Notes: generated by a model from the sequence alone, not told the origin. A stretch of 64,000 nt of DNA from Cyanobacteria bacterium P01_A01_bin.123 (GCA_039815185.1 JBCBZT010000017.1:1-64000); one strand, 5' to 3'. Positions 38,472-49,732 are shown, numbered from the stretch's first letter. A program made the numbers and translations.

Positions 38472-39374
38472 CTATTCAGTGTCCTCTGCATCAGACGGTT
38501 CGGCATTCTCTGGGGACGTAGGAGGCTCTGGAGCAACCGACTCAGGTTGAGGGGCTGCTGGGGCGCTTTGCCCCTGGGCGAGCTGCTCAATTTGATCTTT
38601 GTATTGGTCAGGGGCCAGGGCGATCGCATTTGCAAATAGTGGCTCAGCCGCTTCTGTCTGCCCCTGATCACGCAGGACTAGGGCTTTGGCGAGTAAAGGC
38701 CGGAAATCATCTGGTCTGGAAGTAATGGCTTGGTCATAGAGGGCTAGGGCTTCGTCATAACGGGCCTCCTCAACATAAACCTGACCCAGCAATAGTTGAA
38801 CTGAAGTTGTATCAATAGAATTCGGCTGTACCTGGTTCGCCTGTGCAGCAGTTGCCAATGTATCTTGCAATAGACCAATGGCTGCTTGGGGACGCTCCTG
38901 AGTCATCATCAGAGCGACCAAGCCCTGCAGGGCATTCATATTGCCTGGATTAGTGTCTAACACCGTGCGATAAGCTTGGGCCGCACCTTCCAAATCCCCG
39001 GTTTGTTGTTTGGTTTGCCCCAACAGCACTGCGTAGTCGGGAACACCAGGATTAAGCTCTGCTAACCGCGCTAAAGGTTCGATGACTCCTGTCAAATCCC
39101 CCAGTTGAATTCGGGCTTCTACCAACCCCCGCAGAGCCGTCTGATTGTCGGGTTCACGCTCTAGCACTAAAGCATACCCATTGGCACGGGTTTCAAGCTC
39201 CTCCTGCTGGGCAGCTTGAGCGTTTTCAGGGGTTTGGGCCGTACTAGCGGAATAATTTGAATTTTCACGGTCTGATGATGTCCCCAGTAGGGGCAGCAAG
39301 GAGATTGCAATAAAGGCCGCCAGCGCGACCATTAATACTCCTCCAATCAGCCAGCGATTGCGTTTAACAGCCAC
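38472..39374 (-). CDS. Membrane-anchored TPR protein
   Basis: N-terminal TM; TPR repeats (LLGQ...GDLEGAAQAY, LLLGQVY...YDEALALYDQAI); start uncertain. Confidence 0.88.
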   Translation of the reverse strand: MAVKRNRWLIGGVLMVALAAFIAISLLPLLGTSSDRENSNYSASTAQTPENAQAAQQEELETRANGYALVLEREPDNQTALRGLVEARIQLGDLTGVIEPLARLAELNPGVPDYAVLLGQTKQQTGDLEGAAQAYRTVLDTNPGNMNALQGLVALMMTQERPQAAIGLLQDTLATAAQANQVQPNSIDTTSVQLLLGQVYVEEARYDEALALYDQAITSRPDDFRPLLAKALVLRDQGQTEAAEPLFANAIALAPDQYKDQIEQLAQGQSAPAAPQPESVAPEPPTSPENAEPSDAEDTE

Positions 39375-39963
39375 AGCAGTCCTCAAAACTCAATGTTGCT
39401 ACCCAAATATTAACGACTAACGTTGATGCTTCGATTGTCCGGGGGTGACACTTAACACACTGCAATTGCCAAAAACTCAGAATGATCCCCAGTCAAGCGT
39501 GCTGTAAAGCGTGTCATAGCGTAGTTTGAAGCACTAGGTCTTGAGGGGCAATGCGTTACGCTAGTCCAGTAGCGTATCTGACAAAAATTAAGACCTTTAG
39601 CCTATGAATATAGAGATAGGTCTGCGATTACATCTAAACTCTGGAGTCTCTGGTGCAGCGCTAGCGAGTTAAAACAAATTTCAATGAAGTTCTCTAAGCG
39701 ATGCTAAAACCATGCGGATTCAATGATTGCAGGGATGGATAGGTAAAAAACTTGGGGTTTGAGAGCCAAATATGGCCACTCTTTTCTTAAAGTTGGGCAA
39801 AATGCTAGTGCTAGGTTACACCTGTTTAAGGTTTTGGGTTAAAACGAGACTGGCTTAACAAATTAAACGACTCTGCTCGATAATCCATGCTGCACTTTAG
39901 CATAATGTCTATGGCGGTAGCAGTACGTCAGTCGGTTTCTATGTTCGGGAGGTTTGAGAATTT

Positions 39964-41154
39964 ATGAGTTCAGCAACTGGTGGATTGCCTGAGTCTTCTC
40001 CGTCGATGGTGAATGGGGCAAGCAGTAATCAGGCATCCTCTGACGAAACCCCTCAACATCATGAGCTGCAAGCTAACTCCTCGGCTGATCAGGGCTCTCT
40101 TTTACCCCCACCGCGGCGACCAGCACGACCTGCTAAACCTGAGCCAGTGGCGCCAGCGACGGTGAGTCAATCCCATGTCCAAAAGGCACCATCACCCGTG
40201 GAGCCTGCCCCGCCTGTGCCAACTCAGTCAGTGACTCCACAGTCAACAGCAACGGCTGAGACTGACCAAGGGGGCTCTGAGACCGTCGTTTTGCCACGGC
40301 AGCATCCCATTTCTACCCCCAGTGAACCCAGGCAGTACCGCGCTATTGGCTTGGTGCGTGGGTGCTACGTACCCTCTGAGAAACAGTTCAATCTGGGCGT
40401 GGTGAAAACCGATACTGGAGAAGAAATTGATTCGGTGTTGCTGGGACGCGTGACTAGCCTGATCAAAAATCACATTGATTTGAACGTGTCCCATTTGTGG
40501 GTGGTGTATCCTCGCACGCGGGAACAAACTCGAGATTCCTTAGAGTGTGATTTACACCTACAAATTGTGGGGGTATGGGAGCCAGAGACCTTAAACCAAG
40601 AGGAGGCCGCTGAGCAAGATACCGTTGACGAAGCGCCCGCTGACGCACAAGTGGTTTCAGTCGAGCCTGACCCAGCTGAGCCCGACCCAGCTGAGCCCGA
40701 CTTGGCAGATGATGGGGCTGCGGTTGAGGCGATTCCCACCACTGAGCTACCCGATAACTACTTCTCGATTCGGGGAGAAATTCTTCGATATTCTGAGGAA
40801 ACGGGACATATTGTGGTCAATATTGTGCAGGTGCCCAAGCAATCTGGAAAACCGCCTAAGTCTTTTCGGTTGACGGTGCAGGGGAAGCTCGACGGCAAAA
40901 CCGTCGGCTACTTTTGGGATCTCAATGTACAGCGACAGGGTACGGCTTTGGTGCTGGAGTCGAGCACAGTCATTGGTATCGTGCCTCCTAAGAAGCGGAA
41001 GCCGGGCGATCGCGGCAAAACGCGTCGCCCTGTCAAACGGTTCAACGGGAATAGAGCCAATAGCGATCGCCCCAAAGCGCCCCATCGTTCTACTGCAGAA
41101 CGGCCTGTCCCTTCTGGAGAACGGCGCAAAGCCCGTCCAGACGGCCAACCTTAG
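39964..41154 (+). CDS. Conserved cyanobacterial hypothetical protein
   Basis: GGAGG upstream; core SEPRQYRAIGLVRG...VLLGRV...LWVVYPRT; 15-bp EPDPA tandem repeat at 40663-40701. Confidence 0.8.
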   Translation: MSSATGGLPESSPSMVNGASSNQASSDETPQHHELQANSSADQGSLLPPPRRPARPAKPEPVAPATVSQSHVQKAPSPVEPAPPVPTQSVTPQSTATAETDQGGSETVVLPRQHPISTPSEPRQYRAIGLVRGCYVPSEKQFNLGVVKTDTGEEIDSVLLGRVTSLIKNHIDLNVSHLWVVYPRTREQTRDSLECDLHLQIVGVWEPETLNQEEAAEQDTVDEAPADAQVVSVEPDPAEPDPAEPDLADDGAAVEAIPTTELPDNYFSIRGEILRYSEETGHIVVNIVQVPKQSGKPPKSFRLTVQGKLDGKTVGYFWDLNVQRQGTALVLESSTVIGIVPPKKRKPGDRGKTRRPVKRFNGNRANSDRPKAPHRSTAERPVPSGERRKARPDGQP

Positions 41155-41241
41155 AATGCCAGCAAGTAGCCCCTAGGTTCTGGTTCTAGTCGGCAGCTGT
41201 ATGACTCAGTCATGACGACTCACTATCTTCGGCGGTGTTCT

Positions 41242-41290
41242 GTCAGCCCCCTGCCCTAGCTAATTTCCTTGACTAGGGCAGGGGGCTGAC
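41242..41290. terminator. Perfect 18-bp-arm hairpin
   Basis: gtcagccccctgccctag-N13-ctagggcagggggctgac. Confidence 0.55.
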
Positions 41291-41371
41291 TAGCTGCTTG
41301 AGAACAACCTATTCGCCGATTGCATCGACTTCAGATTAAAGTGAGGTAGCGCTAGCGTCACCCCTCATGCT

Positions 41372-42040
41372 ATGGAACTGCATCAGATTGAAACCCAGCT
41401 ACAACAGTCAGACTTTCAATATCGCCTCAAAGCAGTGTCAGCGCTTAGAAACTACCCCCCAGAGGTAGCTTTGCCGCTGCTGGTGAAGCATCTCCAAGAT
41501 CCCGAGTTTCTGGTACGGTCGTTTATTGCTAGAGAGTTAGGGTTTCAAAAGACTTCTGAGTCTTTCGCGGCACTGCTGCAGATCATGATGTTTGACAATA
41601 CCCCCAACGTTCGAGCCGAAGCGGCTAATTCCCTATCGCTTTTTGGACAGGTGGCTGCGTCCCATCTGACTCAGGCCTTTTTGAAAGATGCCCATTGGCT
41701 TGTCCGTCGCAGCATTCTAGCCGCCCTAACGGAGTTGGACTGCCCAAGGGAATTGCTAGAAGTCTGTGGCATGGGGTTAGTGGGGGAAGACTTGACGGTT
41801 CAAGAGGCTGCAGTGGGTGCCTTAGGTGCCCTTGCAGGGGGCGCGCAAGCGCAGGGAGCACTATCTCATTTACTGGAGCTCAAGCAATCTGACAATCCCC
41901 GCATCCGCAGTCGTGTGGCCTATGCCCTGAAATACTTCGACGCACCCGAAGCCCAACAGGCGCTAGCAGAACTGAGAGAAGATGAGGATCACAGCGTGAT
42001 TGGCGCAGCCATGGAACCGCTGTTAGAGGACAATCCTTAA
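41372..42040 (+). CDS. nblB: HEAT-repeat phycobilisome degradation protein NblB
   Basis: PBS-lyase HEAT repeats; DPEFLVRS, NVRAEAANSL and HWLVRRSILAAL. Confidence 0.75.
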   Translation: MELHQIETQLQQSDFQYRLKAVSALRNYPPEVALPLLVKHLQDPEFLVRSFIARELGFQKTSESFAALLQIMMFDNTPNVRAEAANSLSLFGQVAASHLTQAFLKDAHWLVRRSILAALTELDCPRELLEVCGMGLVGEDLTVQEAAVGALGALAGGAQAQGALSHLLELKQSDNPRIRSRVAYALKYFDAPEAQQALAELREDEDHSVIGAAMEPLLEDNP

Positions 42041-42270
42041 ACCTTTGAAAAGGTACCCGGTTAGGGGGGTGCCCCAAACGCTCAGCACTGGCTACACTTA
42101 CAGAAAGCCTGGATACCATTTGGGGTTAAATGTCTAGTGATATTGTATAGATTGTTGCAGAAGTTAATGTTTGACCTGAGAGAATGGGTTCAATTTTGGT
42201 GGTAAGCCTGAACATTGAATCTGTCTTAAGGCTTTTACCGTGTAATCAATGAATGAGTGAGGAGACGATA

Positions 42271-42477
42271 ATGTCTGAAATTCCAACCGGTGGCCAGATG
42301 CTTTGGAAACTTGAGGGCGACAATCGGGTATTGCACCTACGCCATAATTCGTCAGAACCCTGGCGCTATTACGAAGAGTTTCCTGATTATGCTCTGCCAG
42401 ACCCCCAAGGGTTTTCTCAGGGAATTGCGACTTTCCTGGCGCTGTTAAAGAAGGATTGGACGGCGATTAAGTCATAA
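42271..42477 (+). CDS. Small hypothetical protein
   Basis: GAGGAG before ATG 42271; protein-like composition. Confidence 0.7.
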   Translation: MSEIPTGGQMLWKLEGDNRVLHLRHNSSEPWRYYEEFPDYALPDPQGFSQGIATFLALLKKDWTAIKS

Positions 42478-44220
42478 TTAGCGCAGCACTTCTTCGAGTT
42501 TGTGCTGATCCCAAAGCACTTGATAGAGGCCAGTTTGCTCAACGAGAGTGGCATGGTTGCCAGACTGAACGACTTTGCCCTGATCCATAACCAAAATGCG
42601 ATCGGCAGTGGCGGCGGCTGACATCTGGTGGGAGATAAAGATAACGGTTTTGCGTTGTGTGCCTTCAGCCAAGTTTTTCAAGATTGCGGTGGCTGTTTGG
42701 TTGTCAACGCTGGAGAGGGCGTCGTCTAAGACCAGAATGGGGGCATCTACAACCAGCGATCGCGCTAGGGCTGTTCTTTGTCGCTGGCCCCCCGAAAGGG
42801 TAATGCCCCGTTCTCCAACAATCGTGTCGTATTGATTGGGAAATTTATCAATTTCACTGGCGATTTGAGCTTGTTTAGCCGCGTGGAAGACGGTTTGAAC
42901 CGCTTCTAACGGTTTGCCATACCGAATATTGTTTTGAATGCTGGTGCTGAACAAAAAACTGTCTTGGGGGACAAATGCGATCGCGCCCCGTAAGTCTTGT
43001 AGTGACAGGTGGGTGATGTCTTGACCGTCAATAAATAGCTGATTGGGAGCAATATCAATCAGACGAGGTAGGGCACTGGCTAGGGTCGATTTGCCTGAGC
43101 CAATGGGCCCAACGATCGCAACGGTTTCCCCGGGGTTGATGGTGAAGCTGACATCTTTAAGGGCGGGGACTGTTGAATCGGGAAAGGTGTAGGTTAAATG
43201 CCTAGCGGTGATTTGTCCCTGAACTAAGCCTAGGGGTTGTACTGCTTGCGGAGAGGCAATCTTGGGTTGTGCCATCAAAATCGCTTCTACCCGATCGATG
43301 CTGACTTCGCCACGTTGATAGGCGGTGATGGTGAATCCCAGCAGGGCCGTAGGAAAAACGAGCCGCTCCACATACAGAAGCAGGGCGACAAAGTCGCCGA
43401 CGCTGAGTTCTCCCACTGCGATCGCGCCAGAACCCACAGCCAAAATGACCAATAGGCTAATGCTCGCCAAGCCGCCAAGCAACGGAAACAGCGTTGTGCG
43501 GGTTCTAGCTAAGTTCAGATTAGCCCGCAGGAGTTGCTGATTGCGATTGCCAAAGGCTCCTCGCTCATTCGCTTCTTGAGCATAGATTTTAATCAGCGCG
43601 ATGCCGCTCATATCTTCTTGAATCAAGGCGCTGAGGTCTGAAAGCTGCTGCTGCACGGTTAACTGCTGATTCCGCAAGCGATCGCTAAAGAGCTGCACCA
43701 GAATCAACATCAGCGGGTAGACAGCTAAAGAGATCAACGTTAGCCGAGCGTTAATCGACAGCATGACCGGGAGCGTAAAAGCATAGGCAAATAGCGTATT
43801 CGCTAAACTGAGGACGGCAAATCCTAACAGCCGACGAATGTTGTCTACATCGCTAGTCGCACGACTGATCAAATCCCCTGCAGTGTTGCGAGCAAAATAG
43901 GCGGGTTCAAGCGTCAGTAGGTGCTCAAAGATTTTCTGCTTTAGGTCAAATTCAACTTGACGCCCAACCCCAAATAGCCAAATACGCGAAGCCATGCGCA
44001 TGAGCCACATGAACGAGGCCAGCAGCATGATCCAGAATCCGTACTGCAAAACCTGGCGGTAGCTGAAGGTCACTGTTAAATCATTAATCCCTTCTCGAAT
44101 CAGCAGAGGGATCGAAACGCCAACCATATTGACTAGTAACAGTGCACCAATGCCACCAGCCGCGTGACGCCAGTGTGGGCGCAAATAGCTGCCAAGTTTT
44201 TGAAGTTGCGATCGGGCCAT
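42478..44220 (-). CDS. ABC exporter, fused permease/ATPase (MdlA-like)
   Basis: Six-TM domain; GPIGSGKST, LSGGQRQR, LVLDD. Confidence 0.95.
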   Translation of the reverse strand: MARSQLQKLGSYLRPHWRHAAGGIGALLLVNMVGVSIPLLIREGINDLTVTFSYRQVLQYGFWIMLLASFMWLMRMASRIWLFGVGRQVEFDLKQKIFEHLLTLEPAYFARNTAGDLISRATSDVDNIRRLLGFAVLSLANTLFAYAFTLPVMLSINARLTLISLAVYPLMLILVQLFSDRLRNQQLTVQQQLSDLSALIQEDMSGIALIKIYAQEANERGAFGNRNQQLLRANLNLARTRTTLFPLLGGLASISLLVILAVGSGAIAVGELSVGDFVALLLYVERLVFPTALLGFTITAYQRGEVSIDRVEAILMAQPKIASPQAVQPLGLVQGQITARHLTYTFPDSTVPALKDVSFTINPGETVAIVGPIGSGKSTLASALPRLIDIAPNQLFIDGQDITHLSLQDLRGAIAFVPQDSFLFSTSIQNNIRYGKPLEAVQTVFHAAKQAQIASEIDKFPNQYDTIVGERGITLSGGQRQRTALARSLVVDAPILVLDDALSSVDNQTATAILKNLAEGTQRKTVIFISHQMSAAATADRILVMDQGKVVQSGNHATLVEQTGLYQVLWDQHKLEEVLR

Positions 44221-44270
44221 TAAGCTCTCAGGGGTTTGTTCGAACCAAGCTCACTGCCCTATCCTAGCGC

Positions 44271-45404
44271 CTAAATCTCCACGACCTCTTGCCAACTGAC
44301 ATTAAAGGACGGTAACCAACCGCGCAAAAAGTAGTAAATCGTCGTCAGCAACTCATCCCACCAGCGCGTTGTCAGCCGCAACCCGTCTACGCTGGGAATA
44401 ACATCTGAGAGTTGCACCAACAGGTCATTACTCCTTTGCCCACCTTGACTATAAAAATCGGTTGGTCGCGCAATCACATTCAAATCTAGCTGTTCAAAGG
44501 TTAGTGCCGTCCGGCGAATGCTGAGTGCCGGAGCCACCAACATAATCCGGTTTTCTTGAGGCGTGGGATCATCCGCGTCGGTTAAAAGGTTCTGCTCTTC
44601 TAAAGATGATTTCACTTGTTCTGCTGTAGGCCGGGCTGCCATCCCCGTATCAAGCACCCGCACCACATCATCATTTTCACTATTAGGATCGGTTTCCCTG
44701 ATGCCACCGTAAAACAGCACCTGCTTCAGCGCTTTTGTCTTATCAGCTTTTTCCTCATCGTTGCCTAGGGTAGGCCCTGCTGTTACGTACATTTGAGGGG
44801 CACTACCCCGTGCTCGCAGTTCGTTATACAAGATCGAAGAATAAATCAGTCGGGGTTCAAAACTGACGTTGAAGTCACGGCTGCTGTCTACTTGGGTTGG
44901 TGATTCGACGGTTTGCCTAACCGCGTCAACACTGTCTCCCATGACCACAACAGCGAGGACGTCATTGAGGTCTGATTGCTCTGGAATGATGGCGGGGCAA
45001 ACCTCCTCACAAAGCGTTCGCCGGGCATCAAAGGCATCTTGCACAGACCCCTCTGCCTGACCGACTAGATAGCGCCCTACCAAGGGTAGACTGGCAAAAA
45101 ACAGAATGACTAAGGCCCAAGTCACCTGAGACCAAGTAGCTTTTTGCTTAGGCCCCCCGTAAATTGAAACAGCAAGCAGGGAAACCGCGGCTCCCAGAGG
45201 ATATAGGGGAAACGACAAAATGCGCCAAATGCTTGCCACCGCTGGACTGGCAGTGTCGATAAAAGAGACTACCAGCAGGGCTAAAACGACTAATCCCCCA
45301 AACCAAGTGAGGTAGTTGCGGGGAATAAACCGCACCAAAATGAACCAAATGATTAAACCGACTGCTACCCATAGCAAGATCCGGCTTAATAATTCCAACA
45401 GCAT
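44271..45404 (-). CDS. YdcF/DUF218 (ElyC-like) membrane protein
   Basis: N-terminal TMs; LVAPALSIRR...F...ARPTDF...PSVDGL pattern. Confidence 0.7.
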   Translation of the reverse strand: MLLELLSRILLWVAVGLIIWFILVRFIPRNYLTWFGGLVVLALLVVSFIDTASPAVASIWRILSFPLYPLGAAVSLLAVSIYGGPKQKATWSQVTWALVILFFASLPLVGRYLVGQAEGSVQDAFDARRTLCEEVCPAIIPEQSDLNDVLAVVVMGDSVDAVRQTVESPTQVDSSRDFNVSFEPRLIYSSILYNELRARGSAPQMYVTAGPTLGNDEEKADKTKALKQVLFYGGIRETDPNSENDDVVRVLDTGMAARPTAEQVKSSLEEQNLLTDADDPTPQENRIMLVAPALSIRRTALTFEQLDLNVIARPTDFYSQGGQRSNDLLVQLSDVIPSVDGLRLTTRWWDELLTTIYYFLRGWLPSFNVSWQEVVEI

Positions 45405-45501
45405 GTGTAAAAGTCCTCACGTCCGCAGCTTGCATTGGCTACTCTGCGGTTTGTTTTAACACAGCTAGCTGTAAATAGTTCACGGTTAACCTGATTTCAA
45501 T

Positions 45502-45528
45502 AAAAAAGGCCGATTTCTAATCGGCCTT
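45502..45528 (-). terminator. Rho-independent terminator of the DUF1517 gene
   Basis: aaggccgatt-tct-aatcggcctt stem with a U-run on the minus strand. Confidence 0.75.
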
Positions 45529-45595
45529 CAAATCAAAGTCATGGGTTGAAACGGTATCGGGGCTTGAGCGTCGGCCAGCCAGGAGAAGCATGCAG

Positions 45596-46540
45596 TTAAA
45601 CTAACCGCAGCTTGGGATACTGGGCCACGAGTTCATCAGAGGTCAGGGTTTCTCCTGATGTCTGGGGTGTCCAGAGCACTTCGACAGCCAGCAACTGTTC
45701 ACTAGAGACAGAGCCCAACTTACTGAGGGCCTGGCGCAAGTCTTGTGGATCTCGAATAGTCGGCAGGTCGAGTTTACCCTGAGTACCCACGACTAGCGTT
45801 GCGACAATGTATTCACCAGGCGCGTCTGCGACAACATCGGATGAGCCTGACAGCTTAGCTGAATCAGCAGCCTGCTTGAGTTGGCTATTGACGTTGGAAA
45901 GAGTTTCGCCGCTAAACTTGCTGCGTTCAGCGAGGGCAAATCGGTTAAAGGTTTGCTCAGCCGCAACAAGTCGGGTTTGCTCAGCTTCGGCAGCGGCGTA
46001 GGCCCAGTATTCAGGATGGCGTAGTAGGGAAAGGGTAGATTCTTGTAATACCTGGGCTAATCCAGCGCTGGAGCCTGTATCGGCGTTTTGGGCCATGCGG
46101 TTAAGGTCATCTTGTAGGTAACGAGCATCGGCCAGTAAACCCACTTGCAACCGCGCTACAGAGACTGTAGGGTTGCTAATCGCTTCGTAGTCGCCGTCTT
46201 CACTGGCATTACGAAAGCTGCGGACTAAAAAGTTGGCGATCGCGATAAAAATGAAAATTGTGAATAGCCCACCGAAACCACCGCCCATACCAAAGATGGG
46301 AAACAGAAACGGAAAGCCAAAGCCACCGCCAGGATATCCCCCGCGTGACGGGCCTCGATAAGTACGGCTGGGGGGGGCGTAAGGACGACTTGGAGCCCGG
46401 AAGCTACCGCCGCCAATGCGTCCACCTGCTCGTGCTGCAAGGGCTGAATCCGCGTGACCCAACATCAGGGTAAAGATTAGGCCAACGACAAGAAGGGACT
46501 TAAGGATTTTTTGCAGGGGTTTCAAAATCTGTTTTGGCAT
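45596..46540 (-). CDS. DUF1517 (FLAP1-like) protein
   Basis: AARAGGRIGGGSF, LQVGLLA, LLRHPEYW, EVLWTPQ. Confidence 0.88.
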   Translation of the reverse strand: MPKQILKPLQKILKSLLVVGLIFTLMLGHADSALAARAGGRIGGGSFRAPSRPYAPPSRTYRGPSRGGYPGGGFGFPFLFPIFGMGGGFGGLFTIFIFIAIANFLVRSFRNASEDGDYEAISNPTVSVARLQVGLLADARYLQDDLNRMAQNADTGSSAGLAQVLQESTLSLLRHPEYWAYAAAEAEQTRLVAAEQTFNRFALAERSKFSGETLSNVNSQLKQAADSAKLSGSSDVVADAPGEYIVATLVVGTQGKLDLPTIRDPQDLRQALSKLGSVSSEQLLAVEVLWTPQTSGETLTSDELVAQYPKLRLV

Positions 46541-46751
46541 AGCAGCTTTTTAGAACGAGTTAGGATTCACAAAAGCCAGTTTTTAGAAGGATTACAGGCA
46601 CTTAGCGCAAGCGCTGGCCGGTCAGTCCTACCATGTAATACCCATCAAACGCTGACTTTCTTTTAATCTACCGTGTCTTTCCTGAGGAGACGAGGCGAAT
46701 AGGAGAGACAGACGGGTGGATAACCGTCCCCCACCCTCCTGATCATCTGCA

Positions 46752-47042
46752 CTAATCGAGAGCGACGCTCTCCTCGTGCTTCTCTTCCAGTTGTTGACAA
46801 AGGTTAATAAAATACCGCGCGGACTCAGCGGATTCAGCAGTCGAGAATCCTTTGAACTGGTGAACCTGATGGCTGCGCTCGCGGCGGTTAAACTCACTCA
46901 GCATGACTTCGATGGGATGGGTTTCAGTATCAGGAGTGACGACGCTGATCACCAGCGTTACGTTGTAAACGCTCTCGTCCAAACACAAGCTCCTGATCAA
47001 AAACGCCCTCGGAAGGACCCAACTGGTGATTTCCGAAGGCAT
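46752..47042 (-). CDS. Hypothetical protein (96 aa)
   Basis: ATG-start ORF co-oriented with its neighbours; no family recognised. Confidence 0.5.
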   Translation of the reverse strand: MPSEITSWVLPRAFLIRSLCLDESVYNVTLVISVVTPDTETHPIEVMLSEFNRRERSHQVHQFKGFSTAESAESARYFINLCQQLEEKHEESVALD

Positions 47043-47093
47043 ATTGTTGCGTTAAGACTCTGAATTCAGAATCCAGCAAAGGATTGCCAGAGT

Positions 47094-47198
47094 TATAGCC
47101 GTAGCCACAAAGCTTTGTGCACTACGGCGAGCCAGATCGCTTGTGGACTCCGCACCCCAGCGATCCTCGGTGCATTAAGCAATCTGGCCAGCGCTATA
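47094..47198 (+). repeat. 105-bp structured dispersed repeat, copy 2
   Basis: tatagccgtag...ctacggc and gccagat...atctggc stems; ends gctata. Confidence 0.9.
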
Positions 47199-47261
47199 AT
47201 TTCCTGAGAATCTAGGCTTCAGAACCGAAGTGTTTGACAACAACAGTCTGACCCCTGACGC

Positions 47262-48011
47262 CTAAACCTTTGCGGCTGAATGGCTAACGCTGCGGATCGA
47301 TTCCACCAAAGCCCGGACAACGGCCACCATCGCCAGGGGATTGTCAAGTTTGTTCACGGCGGAACCGACGCCGATACCAGAGGCTCCAGCGGCGATCGCC
47401 ATGGGGGCGGTTACATCCGATAGCCCAGAAGCGCACAGCACGGGCACGGAAACCGCTCGGGAAATGGCGTGGGCAGCGGCTAGGGTTGGGGCCGCCTTTT
47501 CGATTAACCCCAGGGTACCGCCATGGGTAGGTTGGCTACTGGTGCCCCCTTCGGTTTGAATCAAGTCAGCACCCGCTTCAACCAACTGCTCGGCTAAGGC
47601 AACCTGCTCGTCTAAGGCTAAGACGTGGGGCACTGTGACAGACAAGCAAATGTGGGGTAACAGTTCACGGGTGCGATGGGTTAAAGCCAACACTTCAGCG
47701 GCTTCAAATCGTCGCCCTTGGGCATAGAAAGCATCAAAGTTACCGATTTCAATTAAGTCAGCACCCGCGGCAACGGGGGCCAAGAACTTCTCTGGCTCTA
47801 CCGCAGAGACGCAAATCGGCAATGTTGTCAGGCCATGGGCTACGGAGACCAGATGAGCATCAGCCGCAATGTCAACAAAGGTTGCGCCACCCTGATCCGC
47901 TGCTTGAACGACTGCCGCCACGCGATCGCGATCGAAGTTAGTCAACCCGCTAATAATCTTGAGGGCATGTCCGGTGGCCAAAGGCCGCTCTAGCTGAGAA
48001 TGAATGGTCAT
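47262..48011 (-). CDS. ycf23: DUF561 (Ycf23) family protein
   Basis: LKIISGLTNFD, GGATFVDIAAD, IEIGNFD, IQTEGG. Confidence 0.85.
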   Translation of the reverse strand: MTIHSQLERPLATGHALKIISGLTNFDRDRVAAVVQAADQGGATFVDIAADAHLVSVAHGLTTLPICVSAVEPEKFLAPVAAGADLIEIGNFDAFYAQGRRFEAAEVLALTHRTRELLPHICLSVTVPHVLALDEQVALAEQLVEAGADLIQTEGGTSSQPTHGGTLGLIEKAAPTLAAAHAISRAVSVPVLCASGLSDVTAPMAIAAGASGIGVGSAVNKLDNPLAMVAVVRALVESIRSVSHSAAKV

Positions 48012-48083
48012 AGTCTTTTCAGTGTGAGTGTTTGACGGAATTCACTATGTTCTCAAGCATACTGTAGTCGGTTGGGCCAATAA

Positions 48084-49289
48084 CTAAACCTTGGCAAAAT
48101 CGGCTGGGTCTTGATCCCGTCGGTGGTTCACAGGAATAGGCGGCCCTTGGCGATCGCCCACGAGCGCTGCCGTTTCTTCTAGGGCTGTCCGCAGACGTTT
48201 GGCAGCATAGATAGACATATCGCGGGGGACATTGATGCGATCGCGCAAATATCTCAACCCCACATCTGAATTCGCTGGCGGCGGACAGACTTCACCTGTC
48301 ATCATGTGGGTCAATGCACAGCGGAGTGCCTGGTCAAAGTGCTCATCATCGGCAGGATTAACGCGAATGAGATTGGCCCGGTGCTTGATTACCCGTTGCA
48401 GTGCCTCAGCACGAGTGGTTTCCGGTTCTGGATAAGCTACATCGGGCAGCTTAAACCAAGGGCCATTGTCCACTAGGCCTTGATTCAGCTTCATCTGGGG
48501 ATCGTCGTTGCCGTAACAGCCGCCCATTTGAGGCGGTAAATCGTGGGCATGGGTATGAAAGTCGCTCTGAGTCCCCCGATAGGTAGGGCGACTTTCCATC
48601 GCATCAAACCAAGCGGAAAAATGCTCATTTTCCTCTCTTAACGAATAGCCCTTGTAATAGTAAAGACTGGCATTCATTCGCTCGACATAGGGCGTAAAGA
48701 TGACATCGGCTGTGCCAAACTCCGCCAAGAAGTAGGGCCCTGGGGTTCGACCCAGTGCTTCCTCTACCTGGGCGACAACCCCGGTAAACTGGTCGCGGTT
48801 GCGCTGGTCTTCCCGGGCTGAGCGGGTGGGATAGCACAGCCACGAACACCACGCCCTAAACAGCAGTCGTTCCAACTGTCGCAGGGGAATGACCTTGGCA
48901 TCATTCATACTGTGATTCAAAGGCCCAAAAGTCTTTTCCAACGCCAGCAAAATATCATCGCTTTCGGTAATCATGCGACCGTCTAACTCAAGGGCAGGCA
49001 GCATCCCAGAGGGTACCTTACGCTTATACCAGCGTTCTTTCTGGCCGTAGCAAAACATCGTCACTTTTTCGATGCGGTAAGGAATTTGCTTTTCCTCTAG
49101 CCACAGCCACACCTTTTGACAGTAAGGACACCAGGCATGGTTATCACGATAGAGCGTCACCCGGACATCAGATTCAGCCTGACCAAATAGGCGCAATCGG
49201 GCTTGAGCGTTGGTTGGCCCGTTGACGGTATCGAGTTGGAAGTCTGTTAGGGCTTCGAGTTCTGGCCAGCTTAAGGGAGCAATGGTCAT
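48084..49289 (-). CDS. Glutathione S-transferase family protein
   Basis: [22 protein letters not shown] and C-terminal GST helices. Confidence 0.9.
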   Translation of the reverse strand: MTIAPLSWPELEALTDFQLDTVNGPTNAQARLRLFGQAESDVRVTLYRDNHAWCPYCQKVWLWLEEKQIPYRIEKVTMFCYGQKERWYKRKVPSGMLPALELDGRMITESDDILLALEKTFGPLNHSMNDAKVIPLRQLERLLFRAWCSWLCYPTRSAREDQRNRDQFTGVVAQVEEALGRTPGPYFLAEFGTADVIFTPYVERMNASLYYYKGYSLREENEHFSAWFDAMESRPTYRGTQSDFHTHAHDLPPQMGGCYGNDDPQMKLNQGLVDNGPWFKLPDVAYPEPETTRAEALQRVIKHRANLIRVNPADDEHFDQALRCALTHMMTGEVCPPPANSDVGLRYLRDRINVPRDMSIYAAKRLRTALEETAALVGDRQGPPIPVNHRRDQDPADFAKV

Positions 49290-49534
49290 GGGTGAAAGTA
49301 AATCAGTACCTCAACACCTTTACGGTAACCTGCCGAAGACAGATGACTCATTGCATCTGTATAGCAATGCTCATACATCCTCTGGATTAACCTCTAATTC
49401 TCGTAAACGATTGGCCAGCTTTTCCGCCCACTGCTCAGCTCTTTCAGCGTCTGTTGTTTTGAAGTGCAAAATTGGCTGAGTTAAAAATCGGTCTGCTTGC
49501 GCGCCGGGGCGTTCTTGTTTGACAGCCCTTGAAG

Positions 49535-49732
49535 CTAGGAATACCTACAATCTGCTTGAAGTATCTCAAAGATCCACGCCCCAATAATCAATACAGGCAT
49601 GATCATCAATATAAATAGGCAGTAGGCCACAAGAATACAGATATCCAGCCTATTAATAGATAGGCCGGGATTAGGTACATCCAAGGCTTGTGGCCAAAAA
49701 ACAAAAACAGTTGAGATGAACATATGCATCAT
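49535..49732 (-). CDS. Small membrane protein, paralog of 8242-8457
   Basis: Shared HMFIS, WPxAL, LDxC, AYC, PV, AW and ExLQxD at identical spacing. Confidence 0.7.
   Translation of the reverse strand: MMHMFISTVFVFWPQALDVPNPGLSINRLDICILVAYCLFILMIMPVLIIGAWIFEILQADCRYS

Noticed and set aside
14124..47198. CRISPR array or tRNA-derived repeats
   Set aside because: Copies are dispersed, not regularly spaced; no cas genes and no tRNA consensus boxes.
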